Positions 38,101 to 50,100 of a stretch of 64,000 nt of DNA are shown piece after piece. The translations under genes were made by a program, and so were the position numbers. This DNA comes from Lama guanicoe (lineage: Eukaryota), in assembly GCA_013239625.1 (NCBI GenBank), contig MU057069.1, forward strand, positions 678,018 through 742,017. Direction: 5' to 3'. Within the stretch, counting starts at the first letter, position 1. Each line of letters opens with the position of its first letter. The notes below the pieces were generated by a model. The model did no database searches. It worked only from the letters and a program-made list of their open reading frames with translations, and was not told the origin of the DNA.

Positions 38101-41100
38101 GAAATAATGCATATCCTCTCTTTCAGGTCTTTTTACCTGGCTTTTTGTCCAGCAATCTCTATTATAAATATTTGAATGATCTCATCCATTCGGTTCGCGG
38201 AGACGAGTTTCTGGGAGGGGGTGTGTCGCTGACTGCCCATGGCCCCGGGGGCCCTCCTGATGACGCTCACCCAGGTGGCTCCGACGGTTTGGCTTCTCAG
38301 GTACCCACCGATTTCCTCTGCTGTTAGGAAGGAGGGCGTACAGATCCTTCCGTTCAGGTACCCGTGTCAGACCCGGTTTGTAAGTTTTAAGTTGTAGAAG
38401 AAACAAAAACAAAGGAGAAGCAGAGTCAGCCTGCTTACTGTCTAGTCTGACCAGAGTGTGTGTGACGGCTGCTGGCGAGTTACACTGAAAGGGGGCGTGT
38501 GTGTCATTCAGGCCTTTGTTCTGGCACTGGCACTTACTGGCTCTGTGGCTGCTGCTTTTAATAATCAAATGATGTGACATATCTATAGCCTCCAGGAAGC
38601 TCTCTGTATAATTATTTGAGAAATTTTAGTTACTGAATTTGGAATGCTTTTTTATAGGATGATTGCATGAACTCCTAGATTTATTACTATTTCACTGAAG
38701 AGCTTTTGGTTTTGTTTTGAACCGTGGTGTCGTTGGACAGCTCCTTAAGCTTCTTTGGTCTTTTTGGAGTGCTTTCATTCATCAGACCCGACCTGATTCT
38801 CCCCAAATCACGTGAAATGGGTTGTGCCCAAGGAAAGAGTTCTGGGGACATAGTAGAAAGGTGCCTGATTTTATCAAAGCCACGCAGTGAGTGGCAGAAC
38901 CGGGGGTGTGTTCCCGGTCTAGTTTCTTCACCGTGGTTTTAATAATGTAGCAGAGTTGTTTCCTCATCCCCGTTGACAACTAAATAAGTAATCCTGGCCT
39001 TGGATCAATTTTCTTAGTTTATAAGACAGTAGCAATTTTATTGCCATAAGCAAGGCTCTCTCTGTAAGTTTTGAAATCAGAAAGTATGTGTTCACTGACT
39101 TTGCTTTTTTTCATTTGCAAGATAGTTTTGGCTGTTCTGGGTCTCTTGCCATTCCATGTGAATTTTAGGATCAGCTTTTCCATTTTGGTCAGGGTTGCAC
39201 TGAGTCTTTAAATTGCTTTAGGCAGTATTGCCATCTTAACGACGCTGCCTCTCAGTCCACGAACGTGGGCTGCCGTTCCATGTAGGCGGCCTTTCATTTC
39301 TTTCAGCCATGTTCTGTAGTTTTCTGTGTATAAGTCTTACACCTCCTTGGGTCAGTTTATTCCTGAGCATTTTATTCTTTTTGATGCTACTGTAATTTGC
39401 TTTCTTAATTTCATGTTCTGATTCTTCATTGACGGTATGCAGAAACAGAACTGCTTTTGGTGTGTTTTGTAGCTTCAGCTTTACTAAATTCATCTGTCAG
39501 CTCTAATAGTTTTCCTGTGGATTCGTCAGGATTTTCTGTATGTAAGATTATGCTGTCTGTGGATGGAACTAGTTTTCTTTCTTCCTGCCCACTTTGGATG
39601 CTTCTTTCCTTTGCCTGCCGAGCTGCTCCGGTTAGAACTCGCAGGACAGTGTTTAGGGGAAGTCGTGAAGGTGGGCATCTTGCTCCTGATCTCTCGGGAA
39701 GGCGGTCAGGTTTTCGTCGTTTACCGGGATGTTCGGTGTGGAACTTTCACCAGTGCTCTTTATCAGGTTGACGTCCCTACTATTCTTAGTTTGTTGAATT
39801 TTTTTTACCATGAAAGGTGTTGGGTTCTGTTAGGCGTCTTTTCTTTGTCAGCTGAGGCACTTGCGTGGGTTTGGTTTTCCTCTGTCGGTTTCGGACATCA
39901 GCCCAGCCCTGCGTTCTCGGGACAGCCCCGCCTACTGTGGTGCGGGGGGCGCGAGTGCAGTGCTGGGCTTGGCTGCTAGTCTTCGGCTGAGGGTTTTGCG
40001 TTTCACTCTGAGAGATAGTGTCCAAAGTTTTCTTCTCTTGAGATGCCTGGTTTTGGTGTCTTACCTCAGTGGCCTCATGGAAGAATTCCCTCTTCTCTTA
40101 TTCTGGTGCCTCTTTCTGATTAATTGTGCGCCCTTCTCAGCACACAGAGAGAGCCCTTTTCACCCCTACTGTAGAGTGTTCTGTAAGCATCTGTTCCGTT
40201 ATTTTTTTAACTTAACGTACGCTTCAGTTGTAGATGTTAAGTGCGTTCCTGTCTGTTATTTTCAGTGGTGCTGCAGTAAGTAAGCTTGTGTATAAGGCAG
40301 CCACTTTGAACTATACTCTCCCCAACAATTGAATGTTTAAAAGTGGAGTCTCTGGGTTGGCCCTGTACCTCATGGACGCGCCAGCTCTGACTTGCTTTGT
40401 TTCCGTGGACGTGAGTGGGAGGGAGTGTGCCGCTCTCTGTCTAGCCGGTCATTTTAGAAAGTGTCCTTTATCTTCTCGTTCGTCACAGGGCCACACTGAG
40501 AATCAAAAGCGTTCATGTTTATCATGTAGAAGTTGGGCTTTACATTTATTAGCAAAGATACACGTGCCCCAAAGGATGGGAGTTTGGCATGGTTGGGACC
40601 GTCGGCATGTCTGTTGGAACTTAGGTCATTAAGAAAAACACACTTGACGTACGGGTGCACGTGTCGCATGTTTTAATTACGTGCTTTGAGGTTCCATTTC
40701 AGAGTCACTGCTGTCAAGTGTCTCACTAGTAACGGGGTTGAGTGAGAAGTACAGGTGTTTCAGAAGTAAAGATTTTGTCCAGATCTGTTATATTCAAAGC
40801 CAGGACCGATTTGATTCCTGAATAACCCACTACTAATTTCACAACTTCTGTTGTAGTCCAGTGTGAAAAAAGCCAGTGTTAAAATTCTGAAAAATTTTGA
40901 TGAAGCGATAATTGTGGATGCTGCAAGTCTGGATCCAGAATCTTTATATCAGCGGACATACGCAGGGTGAGCATCTTTTGTATTTTCCAGTTTAAAATGT
41001 AAGAATGGTTTCTGATTGCTGCTGTATGCGCCCAGCGCTCTCACGCGAGTGCTCCTTGGGGGGCAGTTCAGAGTGAGGGCTCGGGGCACGTCCTGCGTTT

Positions 41101-44100
41101 CCGTCTCAGCTCCGCCGCTTACCGGCAAGCTCTTTGACCCCTTTGTGTCTCAGTTTCTCTGTCTGTAAGATGAGGGTAGTGTCCTACTTTACTGGGTTGT
41201 TGGGGGGATTGAATGAGATGATACATGAAAAGCATCTGAACCAGTGCCTGGTATCAGTGGGCACTCGATAAATGTCATTACCACCGTCCTTGCACCACCG
41301 CACACGAGGCTGGTGAGTGTCATGTTTGCATGGTGTGTTTTAGGCTGTCGCTTCCACTTTCATTTGGTTCACATGTCAGCTGTTTCAGAGTCTCTGCCTT
41401 AAAAGCAAAAATCAAGTACCAAGACACCAATATGATTTATTCTGGACTGTACAACTATCACAGTCATCCCTCAGTGGCAGCAGGGGATTGGTTCCAGGAC
41501 CCCCTCGGATACTGAAATCTGAGGATGCTCAAGTCCTTTACCTAAAGTGGCTTACTTAGTATTTTAAACCTGTGTACGTCATCTCTAGGTTACTTATAAC
41601 CCCTAATGCAGTGTCCATGCTGTGTAAATAGTTGTGAGCACAATGTAAATGCTATGTAAATGGTTGACAGTACACAGCAAATTCAAGTTTTGCTTTTTGG
41701 AACTTCCTGGAATTCTTTTTTTCTTCCTGAATATTTTCAGTCAGCAGTTGGTTGACTCTGTAGAGGGTGAACCCGCAGATATGGAGAGCCAGCTGTACTT
41801 GGAAAATGGAATAAAATCATTCCTTTGTATTTAAGAATTACTAGGTTGTTTATTTTGTCTGTAACAGGAAGATTTGCCCATACTCCTGTGATACACCACT
41901 TCTTGCACTTTACCGTGGATTGAATCATGAAATCATTGCCTCTTCCCTAAAGATGGCTTGAAAACACAGAACCCTGTGTAAAGGCTTGATTCCCCCACCT
42001 CAGTCCCAGCAGTACCACAAAAAGGAATTTCAGCACGCTCAATTGCGTTCATCCGAAAGTAAAGTGATAGTTGACAGACCAAGGAGTCTGGAAAGTACCT
42101 TGGAGAGAGCAGGTGGTTGTCCTCGGCCGTGTTGGGGTTGCAGTAGTCTTCATTTCTTCTTGTAGGAAATGGTGGACAGTAAGCTGGTGACTTCATGCCA
42201 TTCTTAAGGAATGGTTGGTTCATTTATTTCAAATCTTACTTGAGAAAGTCTATCAGCTGCAAGATGTTTTATTTCTGTAGTTTTTGTGTGTGTGTAAAAT
42301 AAATATATATAAAAATTCATTAAATTTAAATTTGTAAAATAAATACATATTTTTTGACTTATAAAATGGGTCAAAAATAGGGAATAATTATTTTCCTCAA
42401 TCTTCAGAGGTAGTTTTCAGTGTTTGTTTTAGCTTTATGATTTTAGCATCTTCCTGCAGTTTTCCAGAAGGCAAACAAGCCTGCACCAGTTGGTACGTTG
42501 GTCCCCATGTATGAATCTGACTCACTAGGAAGGCCCTCTGTAAAAGAAGATCCACTTTTTGTGAAATGGAGTAACTTGCAGACACCACAAGATTTGTCTT
42601 TCTTCTTCAGCTAACTTTCAGTTACAAATGTGTTAATCTCTCATGAAAACCTGAGTTTACAGGTGAGGCTGAGCCCCCTTATTGCACAGCAGGGCCTGTT
42701 GTCTCCCTTCCTCGAGGGTGGTCACTGCTATGTTGTAGTGTATGTTTTTGTTTCTTGCGTTTATGTAACTGATACTCTGTATCTTGTGCTTTCACTCACA
42801 GTGAATTTTGAAGATTTTTCTGTTAGTCCACACAGATTTACCTCATTTTAACCATGTTAGAGTGTTCTATACATAATTATAGCTCGTGGCTGTGGCAGAA
42901 TAGTCCGTAGTGTGCTTTGTTACTGTTTGGCCATTTTGGTATTGATGAGTATTTAAGTTGCTGGCAATCTTACTGTTAAACCGTGTAGCAGGGGACTTAT
43001 TTTTCTGTTTCCTAGTGCCAAGAAGCAGATTTAAAATTTTAATAGCCCTTCCCAGTTTACCTTTAAAAGGATCTGTACATTTTCCATTCTTACCAATCAT
43101 TAATAAAGATACTAATTTTCCCCACATCCTTGTCAAAATAAATAATATCAAAGTTTAAACTTTTTCAGTAATCTGGGGTTATTGCTTATGAGATTGAGCT
43201 TCTTTTGGGCTGTTTGTTGGTGGTTCAGATTTTTCTTCTATGAATGGCTGTTCATCTCCTTTTCACATTTTTCTGTTGGGTAATTCCATAGCGATTTGTC
43301 GGAATTCTGTGTGTTTCTGGATATTAATTATCAGTTACTAACATCTGTTAAAAATAAGGCCTTTCACTGTGTTCTTTGCCTTCTAAGTTTGCTTTCTGTT
43401 ACTATACAATGTATATAATTACAACATATTTTGATCTTGTTAGGGCAAGTCCTACCTTTCTGCCTCTTTTACAAAGTTATTTTGGCTATTCTTATGCCTT
43501 TTCTGTATGAATTTTTATAACTGAGTTATCTACTAATTCACCATGTTTCATAAACTTTCTGAGGACCTTGAGTGGAATTGCTTTGGCGTAAAGATGACTT
43601 TCTGTGGGGGTGGTTCTTTTGATGTAAGCCCCACTCTGAGTAACATGGGATAGACGTAAATTGTATTTCTGGCTTTCTAGATCTAGATGAGGTGCTTAAA
43701 AATTGATTTTTTTCTTCTTAATTTAAAATTGATGTTATAAATTATATTCTTTTCATCCTTACCTAGGAAGATGACGTTTGGAAGAGTGAGTGACTTGGGG
43801 CAGTTCATCCGGGAGTCTGAGCCTGAACCTGATGTAAAGAAATCAAAAGGTTTGTGGTGTTTTTATTTACTGCTCTCGTCTCACCTCTACTCACGTTAGT
43901 CACTGACTGTAAGTGAAGGACCATTGGGATACAGACTGTTTCTTTTACAAAGTGACTGCCGTCTCTGACCCTGCGTCTGCAGTCATGCATGGGTATCAGG
44001 GCTATACAGTCGCTCTGACCAGAAGGTATTGAACCTGCTTTCCTGTCACAGAGGCACGTCTGTGTGGAAAGGCACTTGTCACCTTTCTATTTAAAGGCAG

Positions 44101-47100
44101 TACATCCAGTCCAGGTTGGACTTGAGGTTTATCTTGAGACCCTTTATTGTATTAGATTTCTCCTAAATTGCTGAAAATTATGATGAAATAATAATATGGA
44201 AAATACTAATAGGTTGACATTCAGTTCCTTTGTTTAATCAGCAAAAGAGAGTGTGACTAATTCCAAAAGTTAAACACAGAAATCCTTTTGACAGGTATGT
44301 TCTTTGTGACTGACTTCAGCTTCCAAACAACTGGTTATGCAGGAATATTTTGGGAACCAGTGTAGATCCAGTCAGAGAATATCTAGAAATTTTCCAGTGT
44401 GGTTGAACTGACAGTGCTGCCTCGAGTAAAAAAAAATACTAACTTACGTAAGAAGAAAATGCTCCATTTTGACAAATGTGTCTAAAGTTAAGAGCTCTTG
44501 CTCATCTTGGTGTTGAATGGAATAGAACCACATTCCTAGCGTGTTTATCTTAGTTTTGAACACATGTCGTCGGGGGATGAGTCGCACCGATTTATGTTGG
44601 TGGATAATCTGCTTTGGGGTCAGATAGAAATTAACGGAGTGAGCAGAAAGTGCAGCAGTCGTTGAAGTAGTTTAAACCATAAACCAAAAAAGGGCCCGTT
44701 AACCTACTTGTCTTCATTAGTTCATCCCAATAATTGGTTTTATTCCTGTTTTGCCAGAGAAGTCTGAGGTACACAGCTGGGAAAAGCATAAAGGTGCAAG
44801 GACGTCTACACAGTTCTTTCAGTAAATGATTTTTTCAGGCCTCTGTGCACTCACACTGGCAGGTTAGAGGGCACAGATCCTGCTGTCAAGAGACTTACAG
44901 TCGAGCGTGTCTTTATCGGGCAGAAGATGTGGGGATGCACGGGAGGCTGGAGCGGGAAAGCCACACGATGTGAGCGATGTTGTCAGAAGGGCGACCCCAC
45001 GGCCGTTCGGAGCGTAGACTGTCGGGGCGCGGGGGGCAGGGAAACGACGTTCTCGCCGCGGTCCGTGTAAGGGGCGAGGACGGTGGCCGTGGGTCCGGTA
45101 GCGGAGGAATGGTGGGGTTTGGTTCTCTGAAAATGGAGGCAACAGGATCGCGTCTCTGCCAGCAAGCCCGTGCCTCCGGTTACTGGTGTTACTGCTGTAA
45201 CCGAGATGCACCACAGCAGGTAACGACTGGTAGTTCCTGCAGTCTGAGTAGATACGTCTGTCTGTCCCGGCGCTTCCGTTAGTTGTCAGGTGTCTGTGAG
45301 TCGGGTGTTTTTCAGTGAGTGAGTGGCGTCGCGTAGGAGCTTACAGACTCAGTTCACTCGCTCAGCAGGCACTGGAGTGACCCCTGTGTGCGGGACACTG
45401 CGCTGGGTCCCAGGGAGGCAGCTGAGAGGGCGTGGCCCCTGTTCCGCGGCGCTGCCTGGGCAGGCCTGTCGTGCTGCTGCCCTGGGGGACGCCTGAGCCT
45501 TTGGGTGCTCTGGGTTGTGTTCCTTTCCTCACTGCTTCCTCCCTCATGTCTCTTCCAAAGCGGAAGGTGTACCTGAGGCCTGATGGTTCAAGTTACACGT
45601 TTTGGTTAGCCTACGTCATGGGTGATGCTACATAGTGTTTTTAAAAGGAGAATAGATGTGTAGAGAGAGGTACTTACATCTCCGTCTCCTGAAAGGACGC
45701 AAGAAGATGTAGCCTAGATTGCTTTGGAGATAAGAAGAGGGAGCCTTTACTTTCCACTCTACCCTATTCCTCTCCTTTCTGAGTTTCCTCACTCCACTTG
45801 CTGCTTAGCCACCCCCCCACGGCATCCTCTTGCCCCTTCACTGTGACCTTGAGTGGCCCCTGGCTGCCTCTGCACCTTCACCTCGAACGACGAACAGCGC
45901 TTCCCTTTGCAGAGTGAGCTCCAGCTGGACGCTCCTCCATTCTTCGGAGGCCCCCTCCTTGAGGGCGTCTGCGGCCCCTCCCCTCACAGACGCCCTCTTC
46001 CGAGGAGACCTCCCAGCCCACGTGGTCTGGGGCCGTCCACCCCACCAACACGTCACTTCTTCGTCTTCTTGTTCCTGGTCTGAAGTCATCTTGTCCATTT
46101 ATTTGCATGCTTGTTCATAGTCTCATTTCTCTTCCATTACTAGAGTATCACCCCTCTGACAGCAGAGATTTTGTCTATCTTATTTGGCATCGCATTCCCT
46201 GATTCTAAAACTACGCCTGGCACGTGGTAGGTACTCACTGAATTAATTAACCGTGAAGAATTTCAGTGGATGTTATCTGCGTGGTAAGATTACGGGTTTT
46301 ATTTATTTTATTTAAGAAGAAAATTGTTCTTGGTGACACAGACACTAAGTTTTCTCATCCAAATTGTTTCATTCTTGTGAAAATATTCAGAGCTCCGCTC
46401 CCCTCTTCTCAGACCCAAATGCCGGAGGTTTCTGAGCGTTTTCAAGCTCATTCAAATCTTAGATGATGCATCTGTGGGTGCCCCTCCTTCTACAAGTGAG
46501 GACGTTGAGGATCAGGGGAGCTGCAACTTGTTGGGGGTCACCGAGCAGAGTGATAGCAACCCTGGGGCTTTGCGTCCGAGTACCATGTTGACAGGGTTGT
46601 TTGCAGTTCAGCTCTGCTTCCTGTCCCTCCCTCTCCTTGCTGGGGGCAGCTGCAAAGAATCTTTGTCGTTTACCAACCTGTGGTTTCATTTTGGATTTTA
46701 AAACTCCAACAGTAGAGCACAGAAGAAAGGGCTGAATTTTGAGGCAGTATATCTCTCTTTTGCAAATGTGAGAACTTTGCTCTCAGGGCAAGCAAGGTAA
46801 TTTTAAAAGTTACCTTCGAGTTGTCTGGGACAAAGTGTAGCAAGAAGGAATTGTGAAGGGCGTGGTGGGCGGGTAGTCCCTGCAGCTCAGCCCCTGTGCC
46901 GGGGTGCAGTGGCGGGAGGTGAAGCCCTGCTTGCGCTGGGAAAGCCCCTGCCTGTCACAGGAAGAAGCCTGCGTCACCGTCATTCAGGCACCAGAGTTTG
47001 TAAGCAGAGAGCGGTGAGGTGCATTTTTCTGCCCGTCGTCTAGGAATGAATGGGAGTTGGGGAGAGGCCGGAATTAGCCTGGCCACGTAGTAGAATTTGC

Positions 47101-50100
47101 TAGTAATGCAGAGAGAAGAAAAAGAAGAATGGAGGGTAGGTAATGGTAGCAGGAATTAGAGAGAAGATCAGGTTTATAAGACTTCCCAGGGGGAATTCAG
47201 GAGACTGCATCCAGGGTGGAGTTTGGTGACAGATTTCATATGGAGAGTAATGAGGAAGGTAGATGAGTTTTAACACGAGTTCTCTAGATGAAAAATTACA
47301 ATGTTAATTTTTAATAGAGGATTAAGCTAATGTCTGAGCTGGAGGCTGCAAGGAAGAGAGTAGGTGCCTTGGAGCACGTTGGGGCGGTTTGTGAGTGGGA
47401 GACCGTCAGTGCAGCGAGGCTGGGGGTCCCACAGCCGCCAGGGACGTCTGGCACATCACGAAGTGTTGCGGCCCTGGTGGCTCTACCTGGCATTAAACTT
47501 AACCGACCAGCGTTCAGACTTTTAGCTAATCATAACAATTATGCAGGGGGAAGGATCCAGGCTTTTGTTTCCCATGAATGCTGTAGTTGCATGGAACCAT
47601 AGAACTGGAGAGCTGGGTCCCAGTCCTTGAACTAGTCAGGGCCTTGCCCGGGAAACGATCTGCCAACCACTTGGTTTAAGGCAGCGTCAGGATGCAAGCC
47701 TGTTTGTATGAATGAAAGGAGACGCTGTGTATTTAACTCCTGGAAGTAGAGGCTAACCCACGTCCTCGGTGATCCCTCCGCATCTAGAGTGCAGGTGTAG
47801 ATAGGTTGTGTGTCTCCCAGGAAGCGGAGGTGTGTTGTGGCCAGGGCAGAGTGTGGCTGGCTCTTGAAGACACTGGTCTTACCCAGCGAACTCACGCGGA
47901 CCAGAGGCCCAGCGCTGAGCAGCGTACTCTGCCCTGGACGCCCTTCTGTTTTGGAGCTGAGCGGAAAGATTTGGGTCCCTGGTGGTGGATTGATACCTCC
48001 TGGTGTGCTGCTAGATTCTTACCCCAAGACCACATCCTCCTCATGGTTTTGTTTTACTCTTTGAATGTTTGCTGCAAATCTAACACTCGATAGTTTGTTT
48101 CCTCGGGTGAAGCGAGTAGAAGAAAAATCTAGAACTCTAAAACAGCTTTTCACAATTTTCAAACCTTAATCTTTGCAAGTTAAGTATCCTGTTATGGAGA
48201 CAATATAATCAGTTTTTACTTAATTTGGGGGTGAGGTTATCCCCCCCAAAAAAAAATCCATGTCTGGAAAATAGTTTTTAAATAAGGGCATTTTTTTAAA
48301 TGTAAAACTACGCATGAGATCTACATTCAGCTTTGGCTTTGTTTTCTAGGATCCATGTTCTCACAAGCTATGAAGAAGTGGGTGCAAGGAAATACTGATG
48401 AGGTAAATTCTGCTTTTGCTGCAGAGATTCCTGTTTGTAAGGGCATCTTGCCTAAGTAAGACTTCAGGTGTTCTCTGTCTCTGGTTCCCTCGGGCACATC
48501 GCTGCTTCCCTGCCTGCGATGTATCTGGAAGGCGTGGGCCTCCTAGCATCCCACAGTTGCCTGGTAGAGGCAGTGGCAGTACCTTCAGTCCAGAGACTCT
48601 GGCCCCCGAGAAATACCCATGTGGCCAGGTTTCCGTTGACCAGCAGCCACTGGTAGTCAGTGCAGAAACAGAAGCTCGGGTGGTTCCTTCCTCGCTGTCA
48701 GTTTTACTTTCAGAGGTGGAGGTTTGCTTTCTTGAGTAGTTAAGTACATTGAAAGACGAGAGTGGAAAAAGAGACATGTTTTGTTTTGATGTCTGACATG
48801 AAAGTGGTCAGGAAGTTGGGTGGCCCGTGGCTGAGTCTGGGAGGTGCTGAAGAGCATGTCAGTGTGTCGCACCTGGGGGCAGCCCGGGTCCTTTCACACA
48901 CGGATCGCGCGTGTTTCCCACTAGGCAGAGATGATGTGCATGTGCAGACCAACATTGTGTGTTGGTTCTGCTCGTGAATACGCATTATCAACAGTCTGAA
49001 CGCCTTCTTCCAGGCCCAGGAGGAGCTAGCCTGGAAGATCGCTAAGATGATCGTCGGCGACGTGATGCAGCAGGCGCAGCGCGGCCAGCCACAAGCGGAG
49101 TCCGCAGGGGTAAGGGCGGCGGCGCGCTGGCCCGGCATCGGGGACGCTGCGGGGAATTGGGTTCCAGAGATACAGAAATGTGAACGTACATAACGGAGCT
49201 CCTGCCTTTGAAGGAGTGACCGTCATAGGAATTGCCTTCTAGTTATAAACAGCTGGAGAACTCTCAGACTAAATGGAACAGCAGTTTCCAGACAGCAGGC
49301 AACAGGCAGCAGAGAGCTGTCGTCCCTGAGAGACGGGTGGCACGGTCGTGATCGCCAGTTCACTTCCCAGGAGCGGTTTCCAAAGTGCAGGGAGGGGGAA
49401 GCCTAGCAAGGTCGGAGTCTTGCTGAACCGAGGAGTCAGAAATCAGCGTTTGGAGAGCCCAAGGTGGCTAGAAGTCACAGAACAGGCACAGAAAGGAAGG
49501 ACCCGCATAGAGGGGGAGCTCCGGAGGCACTGAGAGAGGTCCTTTTAAGTCCTTGGCCATGTGCTGATCTGTATACATGTTGGGGGAGATGCCCGTTGCT
49601 AGGCAAAGAATTAGAGGGGTTAGCAGGCTGAACGGCTCTCGTGCTGTGGGGGGGCTCGGAGCGGTTTGTGCGCCCGCTGCCCGGTGAGGGCAGACCTTGT
49701 GGCGCACAAGGCGGTGTCCTTGGGAATACTCTGCCTTACTACGAGACGTGGACTAGCCCTGGAGTGAGGCGCCACAGCCAAGCTTAAAAGCAACTTCTGA
49801 AAGGATCAGACAGCTCTGCACATAACAACTGCACGCCAGAACACAGGCCAACCCCCCTTAAAGGAATGAGCCGGAGAACATCTGCTCACACCCTGTGGAG
49901 ACACCAGGCGCCTCCCCTGTTGTCTGATTGGTGAAAGCTAGGAAGCCGAGGTACCTGTGCTGAGATGGCATCCCATGTACCCTCCGTGGTCTAGAGGTGT
50001 GAATTTAGGTTTGGGTCCAGCATCACCCCTTCCCTGCCAACTTTTTTTCTTTTTTTTCGTAGAGGGGGCGGTAATTAGGTTTACTTATTTTATTTTATTT

